DNA of 64,000 bases, filler included, from Dirinaria sp. TL-2023a (lineage: Eukaryota), in the NCBI GenBank assembly GCA_051941275.1. It is 3 parts of 3 records of this genome, joined end to end, with 100 filler letters (N's around TTAATTAATTAA, not from the genome) between each part and the next. Parts side by side here need not be neighbours in the genome. Positions count along the whole stretch, not along the records: positions 1 to 22,289 come from JAVEBF010000227.1; 2 more parts are not named here. The stretch is one strand, 5' to 3'. The position numbers and the translations under genes are program-made. Positions 1 through 11,861 of the stretch are shown in pieces (position 1 is the first letter of the stretch; the number at the start of each line of letters is the position of its first letter). A model generated the notes under the pieces. It made no database searches. It had not been told where the DNA came from and saw only the letters and a program-made list of their open reading frames with translations.

Positions 1-895
1 GTTATTCGTTCTTCGTTGCATCTCTAGTCTCTCCTGCCTCCACGTAGGACACGTTAGTAGCACGTGTCTGACTGTCATGCGACCTTGTCCGCAGTCGCAG
101 ATCCCTGTGGTCACTCCAGGGACGAGTCGCTCGCTTAAAAAGGTCAGGGCGTTGTCATACCGAAAAGTGGCAGAGCTTTTTGCAAGGCCGAGGAGAGAAT
201 GACTGCCAGGTGGGAGCACGCATGAGGTCCGACGCATTATCGTAAGGAAGGCTTTTATCGTACCTTGAAATTTTACTAAATGATATAGAACAGTCGATGG
301 GAGGGTTGACGCAACGCTGAACAAGCCCGATGAATTCCTCTTCCTTTCCCTGTCAGCCTGATTTAACAAGAGCCAGATTCATCTCCCAAAATGGATTCCC
401 GAATCTCCTGAAATGAATCTAGCTCATGAATACCACCACAAGAGAATATCTAGCATTCATATTGCTGCGGAGCTCTCAATCTGACTCGTACACTCTTCAG
501 AAACTTTGGGATTGGAAACCGTGTTCTGGAGATGATTAAGGAAAATGTACTTGAATATTGCGGGTCAGAATGCCGAATCACAATCATGTCAATTCTTTCA
601 CTCTTGGGAATTTCGAGGGATGATCTATCGATGCGTCTTGCTATGGCTGCGCCACCTAAGAGTCACATACCAAACATTCTATCAAGACCGCACGTTCGTA
701 AGGGACAGCATCCTTTAGTAGTGTATAGGTTCTCTTTCCCTTTGCAAACGATTACTAGGAGCAGTGGGTGACGGTATATTAAGTGCGCATCGTCACTGGC
801 AGCTTCCTCCGGCAAACCATAGCCACATTCCCTCTAAGAACTCGATATTCATACAAACAAGCTCCAGACCTCTTTCTATCGCTGCTTTAGCGCCA

Positions 896-1312
896 ATGCC
901 TTGGGAATGTCACCGCTGTGGGCGCTTACGGCCAGGGTTCCAGACCCATTGTCGCTACTGTGGTCACAACAGGTGTTCTGGCTGCAAAATTGTGAACCCA
1001 CTACCCTGGTCTGCACACATTGAGCAATCCATCTACGAGGACAGCAAATTCGAGAATCTCGTTCACCCACGGAAAACTTGCTTCTGGCATGATCGAGGGT
1101 CGGCATTTGTCAGCAATAGAAACGCAGACGCGAGCGGGCTAGAAGATGTGCAGAATGGTCAATATAGCGGTATTGAGGGAGAAGGCCTTGCGCAGAACTT
1201 AACCAGGGGCAAGGCCGGAGGTTGTTCAGGCAGCAGTGAGATCAAAAGAATCGACAATGTGAGAGACGGTGAATTGAGGACAAGGAGTCTCTCAATATCA
1301 GCGGACACTTAG
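896..1312 (+). CDS. Small protein with N-terminal Cys/His zinc-binding motif
   Basis: ATG at 896 within ORF 764-1312 gives MPWECHRCGRLRPGFQTHCRYCGHNRCSGC (W-x-C-x2-C-x10-C-x2-C-x-H-x2-C-x2-C); the remainder is low-information. Confidence 0.5.
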   Translation: MPWECHRCGRLRPGFQTHCRYCGHNRCSGCKIVNPLPWSAHIEQSIYEDSKFENLVHPRKTCFWHDRGSAFVSNRNADASGLEDVQNGQYSGIEGEGLAQNLTRGKAGGCSGSSEIKRIDNVRDGELRTRSLSISADT

Positions 1313-3368
1313 ACACGTGCCCAGATTTTGCAGCAACATTTTATTTTGGCGACTACGCGAGCCCTCGACGCTACCACAGGAAACGGCCATTTGAAAAGAG
1401 CGATTTGGCAATGATCATATTCGTACTCAGTCCACTAGAAGCTACACTCTGCTAGAAATCAACTACGCAATGGCTAATGTATAGTTGAATACTCTAGATA
1501 TGAGACAAGAGGTCAGTTTCGGCCTTAAAGTCGCTCAGTCAAGATGTAGCACTTTTGACTCGGCAACGGAGCTTTCCTCTTCTATATAGCTTGCATCATA
1601 TTAGACTTTCGAAGGCGGAATGACTCAGATTTGGTATTATCAAGATAGAACCAGACTTACATTGGCTTTCCCAAACTCCTAAATTCCACCTTTTCTTCAA
1701 TAAATATCTCGTACGATGATTCGCTCACACTATAGGAAGCTCTTCCGAATAAGCATTGACTGAAACAGCCTCGGCCCTCGATATAGGCTTCCCTTTCGTA
1801 TGAGAGCGTGTCTTACAAATCTGAGTCGAGGCGACTGTCGCAGCATACATAGATGACACATCTGCGCTCAAAGATCTTGAAACAGAAACCGCTTATCCTG
1901 TTCGAGTGTCCCCACCAGTATATGATCTTTCTGAACGCTCGTCTAGTCTAGCTATGAGCGCATCGTGAGGTTCTTAGGCTCCGCCATGACACGGCTCGAA
2001 GCATTCACTTGATCATGTCGGATCGACGTATATCTCGGTCCACCTCTCCAAGCCGCCGAAAGATTACATACTTCAGGAAGAATACTCTGGAGTTAAAACG
2101 AATTCCTTACCGAAAGGAAAGTGTTTCGAAGTCATATTGCAGATCTTTTTGAGCAATTGAGAATAATTCCATACATGTAAGTCATGAGGCTGAAGTGAAC
2201 CAGCTAGAGCATGTGGAAGAAAATTCTCCCCTTCTGCCGTGCTCCTGCCGAAACTCCTACATCGATACATTAACTATGAATTTGAGGATGATCGAGAGCC
2301 CCCAGGAGAAAATTGTTGTCTTCGGAAGAGACTTTAGAACGCAGGGTGAGTAAGCCGACCTGTCTTGAGTGTCGCAACTCACACCTTATCGAGGTTGAGA
2401 TTTATAGGATGAGGTTTACTGAAGAGTGCAACATCCGGTCACCTAATAATGTAGGCTTACAAACGATCTACACCCGACGTCTGGCTTACACAATTTATGC
2501 AAATTTTATGCACAAAGATCTACACTTGGGCTTGAGCGCTTGGACCGAGGCGGATATCAGACCCTGAGCTGACGTCAAGCGGAGATAGTCAGTCACGTGA
2601 TGCTGATGTTAGTAATTTACACCTTGTCAGGATCTGCTGCAGCGTGCATCGGCGTTTGAATGATAAAATAGCAGAATAGAAAGGCGCTGTTGGCCTTGAC
2701 TAGTTTCTACTGTTCCCCGACCATGCTGTACCACATTACTCGACTCGTACCGGCGAACACCTCATTGGAAGTACCAGGCTCATGACTGGGGCAGGAAAGA
2801 CAGAGGCTAAAAAGTTCATTCGCTGACGAGGAGCTGATGAACGCGACGAAGGATACCAGAACGGATGCCGGGTGACTAATTCAATATTGAAGAAGCAAAA
2901 GCTATACCGTCGACTCCAGTCAGAATGAAAATCATGCCGACTGATTTACTCGTCGGAACTATGTATCAAAGCTTATAACCGGGCGCCGTCGGGTGTAATC
3001 CTATATTACTTTCGTTCGCCTTGCTCTGACCGAAGCAGCAAGGCCCCATTCTCTATCCTTAAGACCCGCTATTGGCGCCTGCAACCAGTGCATTTCGAGC
3101 AATCCTGAATCCGCTGAGTAAGATCACGTCAACCGAGGCCTCACTGCACTCTTTGATTAACGCGGACCTTGGCATTGATCTAAGGGACCTTGTGCTCTCA
3201 TGCGTGGTGCTAATGAAAGGCAAATATTTTGGATCTTTAGATTTATCATCCCCTGCAGGTGGATTGATAATACACCCATACACAAGTCTTCTTTAGTCAT
3301 CTTTCTTCTACTTAAAGACAGAGACATGGCGCTCGCCAGCGCTAATTCTCCCAGCGACCTTTACCATC

Positions 3369-4903
3369 ATGGCAGTTTTCAACTTACTTCAAACCTATAT
3401 TGCGTTAGCAGTTGCTGTCACGCCCCTAAGCCTCTCGGTCCTCGCTGACAGTAATTTCATTGCAACTTACGGGAAATCTCCCGCTCCATTCAAGATCGAC
3501 GTACGTCCCAATTTCATCGACGAGACGATAAAAAAGGTAAGTCTCACGCGATACACCGTGGATGTCGAAGAGCCCGACTTGGCGAGTGGACCTCCAAGAC
3601 ACAATGTCACTACTGTCCGGGACTATTGGCTTAACCATTACGATTGGTTTGACGTCCAAGATCAACTGAATCAAAGGTACCTAAACATAGATTACTTCCT
3701 CTAAGACTTACTTAGCCTTATCAAAGAAGTCAAAGTAACAGGCACTAAATGATACATGTTGGCATTGATAGGTACCATCACTTCACTACCAGTGTCCTGA
3801 CGGGCCCACGATCGAATTTCACCAATCCCGTACCTTTACACTTTGTTCATCATCTGTCCAATCGCACCGACGCCATTCCATTGCTCTTCATTCATGGCTG
3901 GCCAGGCAGCTTCATGGAAGTGAATAACATACTAGATGGTCTTCTCAATCCGCCCAACGCTTCAGCACCGGCGTTTCACGTCGTAGCGCCCAGCATACCT
4001 GGCTTCGCCTTTTCGCCAGCGCCTCGGAAGCCCGGTTGGGGTGCTAGAGAGTCAGGGTACGCCTTCCACGCACTCATGCAGCAACTGGGCTACGCGCACT
4101 ACGTAATTCAAGGCGGAGATTTTGGTGGCGTTATCCTTCGATACATGGCCGGTGACAATCCTGCAGCAGTGTTGTCTGTGCTCGATAATTTTTGGGCTAT
4201 CCCACCCAATGCCACGGATCTCCAGCGCTACTCTCAGGGATTGACCACTGCGGACGAGAATACCACAATCGAAACAATCAATCATTTTACCACCGAATTG
4301 TCAGGATACCGCTTCATACAGGAAACCAAGCCACTGCAGGTTGCCATTGGCATGACTGACAGCCCGGTGGGCTTTGCGATGTGGATCTTCAATCTGATGA
4401 TCAATGCCGTGGATCATTATGTCTGGACGCCCGAGGAAATCATCACTTGGAGTATGATGTACTATATCCAAGGTCCCTACGGAGGCATGAGGTTCTACAA
4501 AGAAATCTTGCGAGAGGTGCGTAGTTGTCCTCGCAGTCTTCGTCAAATGCCGGATCTTAAATAATTATGATCTCTTAACAGGGGGGAGGTTTCAGTGGGT
4601 TCGGGTTCGGCAACGCGGAACCGTATGTGCATCAACCAGTTGCTATCTCGGAATTCCCTAAAGACGTCTGGTACGGCACGGTGAGTCTACTTTCAATCCT
4701 TTTCAATGTTAGTGCAGATGCTGACCTCAAAATTTCTGAAGCCCCTCGATTGGGCCCGACGTAAAGGAAATGTCGTCGTCAGGAACGTGCACAGTTCCGG
4801 GGGACACTTCGCGGCGGTCGAGAGTCCGGAGCTGTTATTAGGCGATATCCGTGCCTTCTGGGGCAACAGCTCGCTATCCAATTTTGGGATATTCAGGCCG
4901 TAG
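3369..4903 (+). CDS. Epoxide hydrolase (alpha/beta hydrolase, microsomal EH type) with predicted signal peptide; 4 exons
   Basis: Exons about 3369-3676, 3772-4516, 4582-4680, 4742-4903 join in frame through GT-AG introns. Motifs: HGWPGSF oxyanion hole, PSIPGFAFS, QGGDFGG nucleophile Asp, DSPVG, GGHFAA catalytic His. Hydrophobic N-terminus. Confidence 0.92.
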
Positions 4904-5182
4904 ATCCAGTTGTCGGCAATTTTCAAATTCTACTTTTAATCTGCCTCACAAAGGCCATCTGTACGCTAAACGACATGGCCAACTCCATCGCAATCTAGAA
5001 GCCCGAAAAGCTTGAATGTCTAGGCTACCAGCTGCATCGCATTTTCTCCAAATGAGATAGTCAAAGAACTCTGATTAAAAACTGGCAATAGACTTCAGAA
5101 AAAAACAAAACAATCTTCGAAAGTCTACCTGTTTTTGCGCGCTTCGTTCACCTTTCCCAGAATATGCTTCTCTCCCTCTCTT

Positions 5183-5184
<2 letters not shown>

Positions 5185-5217
<33 letters not shown>
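5185..5217. repeat. (AC)n microsatellite
   Basis: Uninterrupted AC dinucleotide run. Confidence 0.95.
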
Positions 5218-5220
<3 letters not shown>

Positions 5221-5331
5221 ACACAAACTTTCCTAATCCCCTTTCACCACGCTTCGCTAGCACGACAACCATTTTTTAGAAAAAAAAAAAGAAATCCTCA
5301 AGCACCCTTTCTGTATCCGCGTCAAAGCCTC

Positions 5332-5355
5332 TATATATATATATATATATATATA
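5332..5355. repeat. (TA)n microsatellite
   Basis: Uninterrupted TA dinucleotide run. Confidence 0.95.
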
Positions 5356-6020
5356 CTTATGTCTTCTTCCTTATACTTCACCAAACCCAGTGTCAAGTGG
5401 CCGTCTCAATAGCGCTGCTCAGCTAGCAAAGCTATATTCCCCCCTTTCCCCTTTCTTTTTTTCATTTTTCCAAAACCTAAAAGACTAAAACGTAATCCTC
5501 CCTTGCCTTGCCTCGACTATATCCCCCCATTCATAACCCAAAAATCCTTAGCCGAATATCTCGAGCACCTACCTACCTACACCCCCCTTCGCCTTGGCAA
5601 AATTTTATGTGTTCAAAATGTTTCATTGTCGCTGTAGTTCTATATTTGAGATGTCCTTTTCTATGTCCGAGTCTGATTAAACTCTGGGTATTACTTTAGT
5701 CTTTTGATGAATTTTTATTACGTTTGGAGATGCGCTATTTTCTTCCAACTTCGGGCGAGTGATTGTGACGATGGGTTTTTTACTGGAGAAGAGACTGAGC
5801 AGAGCAGGAAGCCGATACATTTCGTTGTTGCTGGTATCGGCGTCATTGAGGGAGCTTTGGGTTGGGAATCATGGACGCCACACTCACATTGTGACAGATT
5901 CAAAAGTGGAATGGGTTATTTGAGGCTTACATCGCGAGGCTCGTTTTCCCTGACTCTAGGAGCTAAGGGGCCAAGCTTGGCTTCACCGGATTCAATGATG
6001 TTTAGAATATTTGCTTTTAT

Positions 6021-8101
6021 TTAATCCTTTGGATGCTGGTAAAGCAAGAACCGATGCAAGCAAAGCAAATTAAAGGCGTCAATCACCAGAACAGGCACCA
6101 GATTATACCACGGCATACCCCCCGTCACACGGTACGCGCCGGCCGAAACCAAGAGACTAGTATGAGTAATCGTCCAGCCCCACGCCAGAACCCGCATATT
6201 CCGATAGCGACGGTTCTTGTGCGCTTTGCCGCCCGCTTGGACGCCGCTGGGGACCCAGCTGCTCGACTTGGTGCCGGCCATCAGATCCAAGATCGCCTGG
6301 AGGTACGCGTACGACATGAGGATCTGGACGTACTGCACCGAGAGCGTGTGGCGGCATCGGGTCCAGATGCGGAGCGCGATCAAGCTGAGGAGCAGGTTCG
6401 GGAACGCGAAGAAGAGGTTGTAGTATTTGAACAGATCCGGTCGGGTCCATAGGATCAAGGGTGCCGGAAGAGGACCCATGAAAGGCTGAATGGCCGTCGT
6501 GATATAGTACATGACGCCGATGGTGTAGCACAGCTTCTGTTTGACCGAAAGACTGCTGGTCCAGAAGCTACGCTGGAGTAGCAACGCCATGGTTCCCGTG
6601 CACCAGCGCATCTGCTGGCCGAAAAAAGCGCGTGGGGTGTCGGGACACGTACCGCAGGCGAGAACCAGCGGTATGGGTTTGAGTTTCCAACCGTTCGCGA
6701 CGACGTAGAAACCCGTGTGGACATCTTCACAGGAGGAGGTCGGGACCGTGCCACCGATAGGTTCGAGGGCTGCGCGCCGATACACGGCGTTGGTTCCGAC
6801 ACAGATGGAGCCGCCCCATTTATCATAGCACTGCTGCAGCATGCGATAGCAGTACTCCATGGCAGCTCCGGCACCCTGCTCAACCCATGTCTGATTGCCA
6901 GATGAGCGGAAGAACTGCGGCGTCTGCAAGATGGCCACTTTTGGATCTTCCAGAAGGTAGGGGACCGTTTCAAGGAGGAACTCGGGCCTGGGACAGAAAT
7001 CTGCATCAAAGACGGCGAAGAACTCGCCAGATGTGAGACAGAATGCATGACGTAGATTGCCAGCCTTTTTAAGCTCGGGACGGTTAGCTCGACATACGTA
7101 GCTAAAGCCAAAGCGTAGTGCAAGAGACTTGACAGAGTTGTCGGCGCCGTCGTCTAGCACATGTATTGATTTCTGGGTCCCAGGATATTGAAGCGCGGCG
7201 ATGTGTGTCCAAGTATTCTCAAGGATCTCTAGAGGCTCTCTGCAGACGGGCAGGAAGATATCGACAGTTGGCGCTGTAGTCTCCGTTACTGGAGATGCTA
7301 AGTCTGTTCTCCGATGCTGCTCTACATCGAATCTTTTCCCTACCACGGTAATGAAAAGAGAAGTGAAAAGGTATATTTCGCTGATAAATACGTAGACTGC
7401 ATACCACGAGTAGATTGGGGATGCGTGCGCGAATTGCCAGGCCCCAACGCCCAGGGCTATTAACGCGACTGCTGCACAGCTAACCAAGAAAGGCCGATTT
7501 AATGCCACGTAAGAGTATTTCTCTTTGTCAGTAGGCGCTGTTGGAAGCACAAGAGGTGGTGTCTTGCGTGGACTGTAGTTCTTTCTAAATTCGCTGGCGA
7601 AACGATGCCATAGCCCGAGCTTCTGCGCTGGGGGCGCAGTGTTGTCGACATCTGTCGATAAGAGGGGATTTTTAAACGGTGTATACTGCTCTTCAGACGA
7701 GAGGGCAGGCTGTCGTATTGAGAACTCGAGCGAAAGCGATTGGCGACAGTTCCAATACTCATCGAATAACCATGTCCATGGCCTTCGCTTCTCTAAAGGC
7801 TCTCGTAGGCTAGAAAGCGTTGTGATCGAGGTCTGTATTGAGCAGTCAGCCAAGCAAACAGCCTACTGATTCTATGGTAGCTTCTCACTCTTTTGTCCCC
7901 TACATAGGCTCTATTCGACCAGTGGGCTCCCAAGTTAAGGCTCTGTCGTATTTGGGCAGGGGCAGGTTTGGCAACACCACAAGAGAAGCTGTAGGAAGGT
8001 GCAACGCTTGAATATGCGTCCGAGGAAGCTCGACGCGTCTCGAAAGAATCCTGAGTGGAACGACTAATCAAAGTCGAAGTTGATCCATAGGCCATTACCA
8101 T
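6021..8101 (-). CDS. Processive GT2 glycosyltransferase, cellulose synthase (CesA/BcsA)-like membrane protein
   Basis: ORF 6021-7853 has VDIFLP, LDDG, KAGNL, FDADF, QTPQFF, GTNAVYRRAAL, CEDV and QQMRW (D,D,D,QxxRW), with 2 N-terminal and several C-terminal hydrophobic helices. The ORF lacks an ATG near its start; a probable first exon from ATG 8101 joins in frame via a 41-nt GTAGGG...TAG intron (about 7903-7863), so the 5' end is uncertain. Confidence 0.88.
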
Positions 8102-9677
8102 GATACTACCGTGCCAGAAGGAAGGAAGTCAACGGACTTACAAGAGACGGTCGACCAGCAACGCATCTATGTTTAATAAAAGATAGAGATTGGACGAGGA
8201 ACCTTGAAGGAAAAAAAAAAATAAAAGAAAGGTTAAAATAAATTGGGGCAAAGGATGAGAGAAAAACTGAAATCAACACATCGTAGAGCAAGGTCGAGTT
8301 AGCGTGCAAGCAGGCATTGGAAAGACTAGACTTACGCAGCCATTCTACCTCTATCGACACGCTACTCTCCTTGATACTCCCGAACGCTTGACCTGCTAAG
8401 CTTCAGAATATGCTAGCGAAAGTGTTCATTGTCAATCACTTTGCTCCGACCCATTGTAATTGGCGCGTTAGTGCGGCTCATGCGCTTACCCGGCCGAAAT
8501 TGACTATCGGCGGCCACCAGGGGGCTGAAGTACTAGCTCCGTCTTAGACTCGTGTTATTTGTCCTCATAGGAACAAAGCCACCAAAACACCGGTCAAACC
8601 GCCAGCTACGCCCCATACCTAAGAAGTGAGAGTCTAGCCCAAACAGGAGTACATAGAACCAGCCTTGGCGGACCGACGAGCGGACCTGCCGTAAATTGCA
8701 CAATTGTACAACCCGTAAGCCTTTGCCGACCACCTTGCAACTTCGACAGAGAATGTTGGTCCTTTTGAAAAATCCTGGACCGATCATAAGATCACAGAGT
8801 TGAGTCTGTGTGGAAATCGACTTATTGTCAGCGAAGCGCTGTAGCACGAAGAAGAGAAGACGAGGATGAAGCGCACCATGGCAGCTATAGGTCCTGCATT
8901 TCTCGAGAAAGCTCATAAAGGGCTATCAATAAACCCTGTGGAACTGAGCACGGGGAACGATAGGAAAACCATACCAAAGTCTGCGGTGGACCACCCGAAC
9001 GTCGACTGCACACGAACGAAGAGTACACTATCGAGAGCAGTCAAGAACGTGTCGACGATTAATCACTCGTATAGAGTAGTAAAGAATCAAGGGGTTTTCA
9101 GCAGCAGTATTGTAGGAAAAATTTTGGTCGCTTCAGAAAGCTCCATATTACCTTAGTAGCTGTTTTGAAAATTGAACTCGAGTAGCTGAAAAGCGCAATA
9201 TCCTGTGACTCTTCGAACCCATAACAGCGGCTTGGATCCTCGATGCGATTACAAAAAGTTTTCTTACCCTTTAGTCTGCATTACGGCTCCCGAAATGCCG
9301 TCGTAAGCTCCTTATAGCAGATCGACCACTGGCGATCACTGTACCTACCGTTGTAGTGTAAAGAGCATCAAACTCTTCCAGTCAGAAGTAACTGCGATGT
9401 CTGCTGGCTTTCTGTCTCTGAACACTTCCGCGAGGTGTGCCCAGCCTTGATATTTTCTCGTTTACGGCAGACAAGGGAGCAGACACTCAAATGATTAATA
9501 ACATATCTCAAGTTTTATACAGACAATTGTCCAGCCATGCAGTTTCCAGTTCACCCGACATAGATATTCCTTATCCTAGGGTTAGGGGCAGTGTTATCCG
9601 CACTACTCCCCTGAAGCCGCAGCCGAGCCATTTTTTGCGTATTGACGGGCCGTGGAGTGTCCAACACAGCATTCTGA

Positions 9678-10709
9678 TCAGGCTTTTTTATCTATATCCG
9701 TCGAAGCCTTGGCATTATTGTTATCCTCTTTCGATTCGTCTGCCGAACCTTCCGATCGCTTCTGCGGTAAGGCTGCAGCAGTCGCAGGCTCGGCATCGGC
9801 ATCGTTCACTTTCGTTTTCGGAGGAGATATCGCACCCGGCTGGGCGTCAGGGCCGTGATCTTCTTCATTTGGAGTTCCGATACTACTCTTGTCCTTGCTC
9901 TTGCCCTTGTCCTCTGCGCTGCCATCATCTTTTGCGGCTGGCGAACTCTCCTCCTTCTTCGGGTCGGCTTTGTTACTATCCTTGGCCGTCGCAGGGCTCT
10001 CATCCGGATCATGTGCAGGAGGCGCAGCTGGGGTTGGCACAGGTGCAGGCGCACTGGTGGCATCCAGAGCTGGTACGGGAGGTAGCTGCTGACCAGGCGC
10101 AGGTCTACCTCTTAGACCCGTGATTGGATCCAGCACTCCTCCACTCATGTTGTACATGTCCGGATTATTGTCCTTGTACTTCTTGATCGCCGACTCATAT
10201 AACCTTGTAAGTCTTGCAACTTCACTTCTCACGCTCACCGTATCATCAACATCTATCTCATCATAGCCGAGCGCATGATCCTTTATACCCAACCACATCG
10301 TCTTGCTGTTCTCTATTTCATCCACGACGTGCTCTAAGTCATCCATAAACATGCGCGCGCGCATAGGCTGGCCCCGGGATTTGAGGTAAGCAACTAAGCC
10401 TGCAATGATAGTATTGAGCACCCCGAAGATGGTGATCAGAACGTGGCTTGATTCAGACGCTCCGAGGGCGGTAAGGGTCGCGCCGAGGACGACTTGTGAG
10501 AGGAGAAGAGTGTTTGAGAGAGAGGCTGTGAGGCCGTAAACCAGGCCCTGGGACTTGCGCTTGCGGGTTGCTCGTGCGTAAAGGCTTCGATTGCCGGTTG
10601 GACGATAGTCCTTGTCGGAAATGGGAATGCCGATTAGGTTGCAGAATTGAGCGTAGGGGTCTGAAGGTGCGACGTTGTCGTTCAGAAGAGGAGTGCTTTC
10701 GTCTGCCAT
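9678..10709 (-). CDS. SMODS/SLOG-associating 2TM (SLATT, fungal type) domain protein with acidic Pro/Ala-rich tail
   Basis: Intronless 343-aa ORF. Two adjacent TM helices (SNTLLLSQVVLGATLTALG; VLITIFGVLNTIIAGLVAYLK) followed by SRGQPMR and a helical segment. Family recognised from memory, not from a search. Confidence 0.75.
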   Translation of the reverse strand: MADESTPLLNDNVAPSDPYAQFCNLIGIPISDKDYRPTGNRSLYARATRKRKSQGLVYGLTASLSNTLLLSQVVLGATLTALGASESSHVLITIFGVLNTIIAGLVAYLKSRGQPMRARMFMDDLEHVVDEIENSKTMWLGIKDHALGYDEIDVDDTVSVRSEVARLTRLYESAIKKYKDNNPDMYNMSGGVLDPITGLRGRPAPGQQLPPVPALDATSAPAPVPTPAAPPAHDPDESPATAKDSNKADPKKEESSPAAKDDGSAEDKGKSKDKSSIGTPNEEDHGPDAQPGAISPPKTKVNDADAEPATAAALPQKRSEGSADESKEDNNNAKASTDIDKKA

Positions 10710-11141
10710 TGCGATTGCTGCTTCTCGAAGGTGTTTAAGGGAAGGTTTAATAAGCTATTATTAGTACTGAATAAAAGCTGAATTGCATTAAAAATGTGTC
10801 AAGAGCTCGATATATATGTAGTATAAATCCATGGTTTCGAATATGAGACAAGACAAGATTACCTTAACAATTATGATGATAAGGTGTAATACGAGGTGAG
10901 ATCTTATTGTCTTACATGCGCCTTGATATTGTCCGTCTGGCTTCTTCCTGCTTCGCGCAAACCCAGTCTGTGCAAGGGTTAGAGTAGGGTTACTACTCGC
11001 CCTTAAGGCAGGCTGTTGGTCTGAGGTGACCTTCCATTCAGGTAGATATGAATGCTTGCTTATCTCCAAATGAGTAAATTACGAGGATCATCAACTGTTT
11101 CCACTTCCCTACCATAGAGTATCGCCGAATCAAGAAGATCA

Positions 11142-11861
11142 ATGCCTATTTATCTATCGAGGAAGAAGTCCGCGCGTCCGCAGCAGCCTTTTCGCTTCAT
11201 TGATTTGCCGGGCGAGCTGCGCAACGAAATCTATCGTCTCTGCCTTGTCAACGATGGAAGCCCGATGTCAGTGAGCCTTGGCTCATGCTCAGACAGCATC
11301 ATGGCACGTATCAACGATCTTCGTGGTCGCAATAACGTTCTTGTTCGCCTGAAAACCAACTGCAGAGGTCCACACCCGAGTTCTAGCCTCCTTCGAGTAA
11401 GCAGTCAGATCCACGATGAAGCTGCCGCCATACTTTACGGACACAAAGCTCTTGAATTTCGAGGCCGAACTTGTTGGACTGCCTTCTTCTATTTCAACTG
11501 GCGCTTGAGCACCGTTTGTCGCCACAGTATCCGTGATCTCGGGATCGAATTTCCTCAGTTTGAACGGATCGTTACCGGAGACCAGGCAGTCTGCCAATTT
11601 ACAGACGAAGGTAATAAGGGGCTTGACATCATCGAAGGCTTTCAGAATCTTCAAAGACTCACACTTCACCTTCGCGAGAGCATAGCAGACAAGGATATTC
11701 AACTTTTACACAAGATGCACTTTATCTTGCGAAATGTTCGCAGCGTTGCCATACATATCGTAAGCTTCGTCTGCAAAACGCGGAGAGTACGTATCAGTCG
11801 ATGGGCTTTGGAAAAGATCCAAGATTGGGGTTGGAGCATCGAGTTCGACAATGTCAAATGA
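11142..11861 (+). CDS. Fungal protein with N-terminal F-box-like motif
   Basis: Intronless 239-aa ORF. FRFIDLPGELRNEIYRLCL and LLRVSSQIHDEAAAILYG are typical of the large fungal F-box-like/2EXR-like hypothetical families. Confidence 0.8.
   Translation: MPIYLSRKKSARPQQPFRFIDLPGELRNEIYRLCLVNDGSPMSVSLGSCSDSIMARINDLRGRNNVLVRLKTNCRGPHPSSSLLRVSSQIHDEAAAILYGHKALEFRGRTCWTAFFYFNWRLSTVCRHSIRDLGIEFPQFERIVTGDQAVCQFTDEGNKGLDIIEGFQNLQRLTLHLRESIADKDIQLLHKMHFILRNVRSVAIHIVSFVCKTRRVRISRWALEKIQDWGWSIEFDNVK

Noticed and set aside
1313..3300. Short ORFs of 65-84 aa between the zinc-finger ORF and the epoxide hydrolase
   Set aside because: No motifs, codon bias or consistent splice pattern; possibly decayed sequence but unsupported.
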